Assembly (NCBI GenBank): GCA_035457485.1
Contig: DATIBO010000006.1
Coordinates: 370,659-434,658, forward strand
Reading direction: 5' to 3'
DNA length: 64,000 nucleotides
Source of the DNA: Candidatus Saccharimonadales bacterium
GTDB lineage: Bacteria > Patescibacteriota > Saccharimonadia > Saccharimonadales > EFPC-124
In this document: in pieces, positions 63,774 through 64,000 of the stretch
Layout: each line of letters opens with the position of its first letter
Position numbering within the stretch: position 1 is the stretch's first letter
Position numbers and translations under genes: made by a program
The notes under the pieces: generated by a model
What the model was told of the DNA's origin: nothing
Database searches by the model: none
Seen by the model: the letters and a program-made list of their open reading frames with translations, nothing else

Positions 63774-64000
63774 ATGGGGAGTGGTCGCACCAACGGTCAC
63801 TCCTACGGAGGGAGCAACGGAGGCAAATGTGTCTTCTGTGAGCAGCCAACCGTCTCAAAGCCATTACGTTCAGCCAAGGACATCCTAGCTTGTTTGGAAT
63901 TCTTCAGGGACAAAAATCAAGAATGGCTCGTAAGCCTTAGTCTGGATGGAGCTGGCAATCTGATTCTGCGCCGTATTGTCACTATTGGGCTATTGGATAT
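63774..64000 (+). CDS. RadC-like JAB-domain protein, 3'-truncated by the window edge
   Basis: ATG 9 nt after a GGAG SD. KDILACLEFFRDKNQEWLVSLSLDGAGNLILRRIVTIG resembles the RadC N-terminal core. Confidence 0.55.
   Translation, partial: MGSGRTNGHSYGGSNGGKCVFCEQPTVSKPLRSAKDILACLEFFRDKNQEWLVSLSLDGAGNLILRRIVTIGLLD

Larger units (their letters stand above)
61682..64000. mobile_element. left end of an integrated element (serine-integrase type) abutting tRNA-Gly; extends beyond the window
   Basis: The integrase reads toward the tRNA 3' end and is followed by small orphan ORFs and a RadC-like gene, which is typical MGE cargo. The other boundary is not in the window. Confidence 0.55.

Noticed and set aside
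1-64000. The interleaving of high-GC and low-GC DNA could reflect a chimeric metagenome assembly or contamination.
   Set aside because: The GC-rich pieces are 0.3-1.4 kb and sit precisely in intergenic gaps. Native genes on both sides are intact, and AT-rich promoters are fused to GC-rich ORFs, a pattern that assembler chimeras do not produce. I cannot check read support, so deliberate engineering or mis-assembly still needs to be excluded experimentally.
1-64000. I looked for CRISPR arrays, rRNA genes, IS elements or transposases, and terminal inverted repeats or target-site duplications at cassette edges.
   Set aside because: I saw no regularly spaced direct repeats, no rRNA-like sequence and no transposase-like ORF. 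Inspection of the cassette junctions by eye showed no consistent inverted repeats or duplications, although a computational repeat search could still reveal short ones.

Overview
This 64-kb window comes from a compact, AT-leaning bacterial chromosome, about 40-45 % G+C by eye (not computed). Coding is mostly on the plus strand and is dominated by housekeeping genes: pgk-tpiA, pcrA, tsaC, rsmA, an ABC-F ATPase, metG, tatD, a cysteine desulfurase, mnmA, alaS, ftsA-like, ruvX, mltG, obg, sbcB, uvrA, rplY, uvrC, secG, and four tRNAs (Leu-GAG, Val-TAC, Phe-GAA, Gly-GCC). The gene content also includes RpfB-like and LysM-CHAP wall hydrolases, a type IV pilin-like gene and an AlaRS without a C-Ala domain, and many starts are leaderless or lack a Shine-Dalgarno (SD) sequence. 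Together these suggest a reduced-genome Gram-positive-type lineage such as Patescibacteria/CPR (Saccharibacteria-like); that is inference only. The most striking feature is at least 14 short (0.3-1.4 kb), sharply bounded G+C-rich cassettes, roughly 50-70 % G+C by eye, sitting in intergenic gaps between intact housekeeping genes. Each is built the same way: an AT-rich sigma70-like promoter, a strong GGAGG SD, a GC3-rich ORF (often with a GTG start), and a GC-only hairpin with no U-tract. The only recognisable protein families are actinobacterial in flavour (a BldC-like MerR/excisionase HTH, a WSRSK..IE.G XRE HTH, and a recombinase coiled-coil remnant). More than half of the cassette proteins are predicted membrane or secreted proteins. 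Two complete type III hammerhead ribozyme motifs (8465-8522 and 20834-20881) sit directly 3' of cassette hairpins and 5' of the next co-directional gene. Other notable items are: a conserved ~60-nt 3' module shared by two unrelated cassettes; a Met-rich leader ORF upstream of metG; a long, possibly c-di-AMP-type leader before a LysM-CHAP hydrolase; a low-GC accessory cluster of three deoxyribosyltransferase-like proteins plus a sulfotransferase-like protein; a decayed GC-rich recombinase fragment beside tRNA-Leu; a gene truncated at a cassette junction; and a large-serine-recombinase element abutting tRNA-Gly at the right edge. I saw no rRNA, CRISPR array or transposase.
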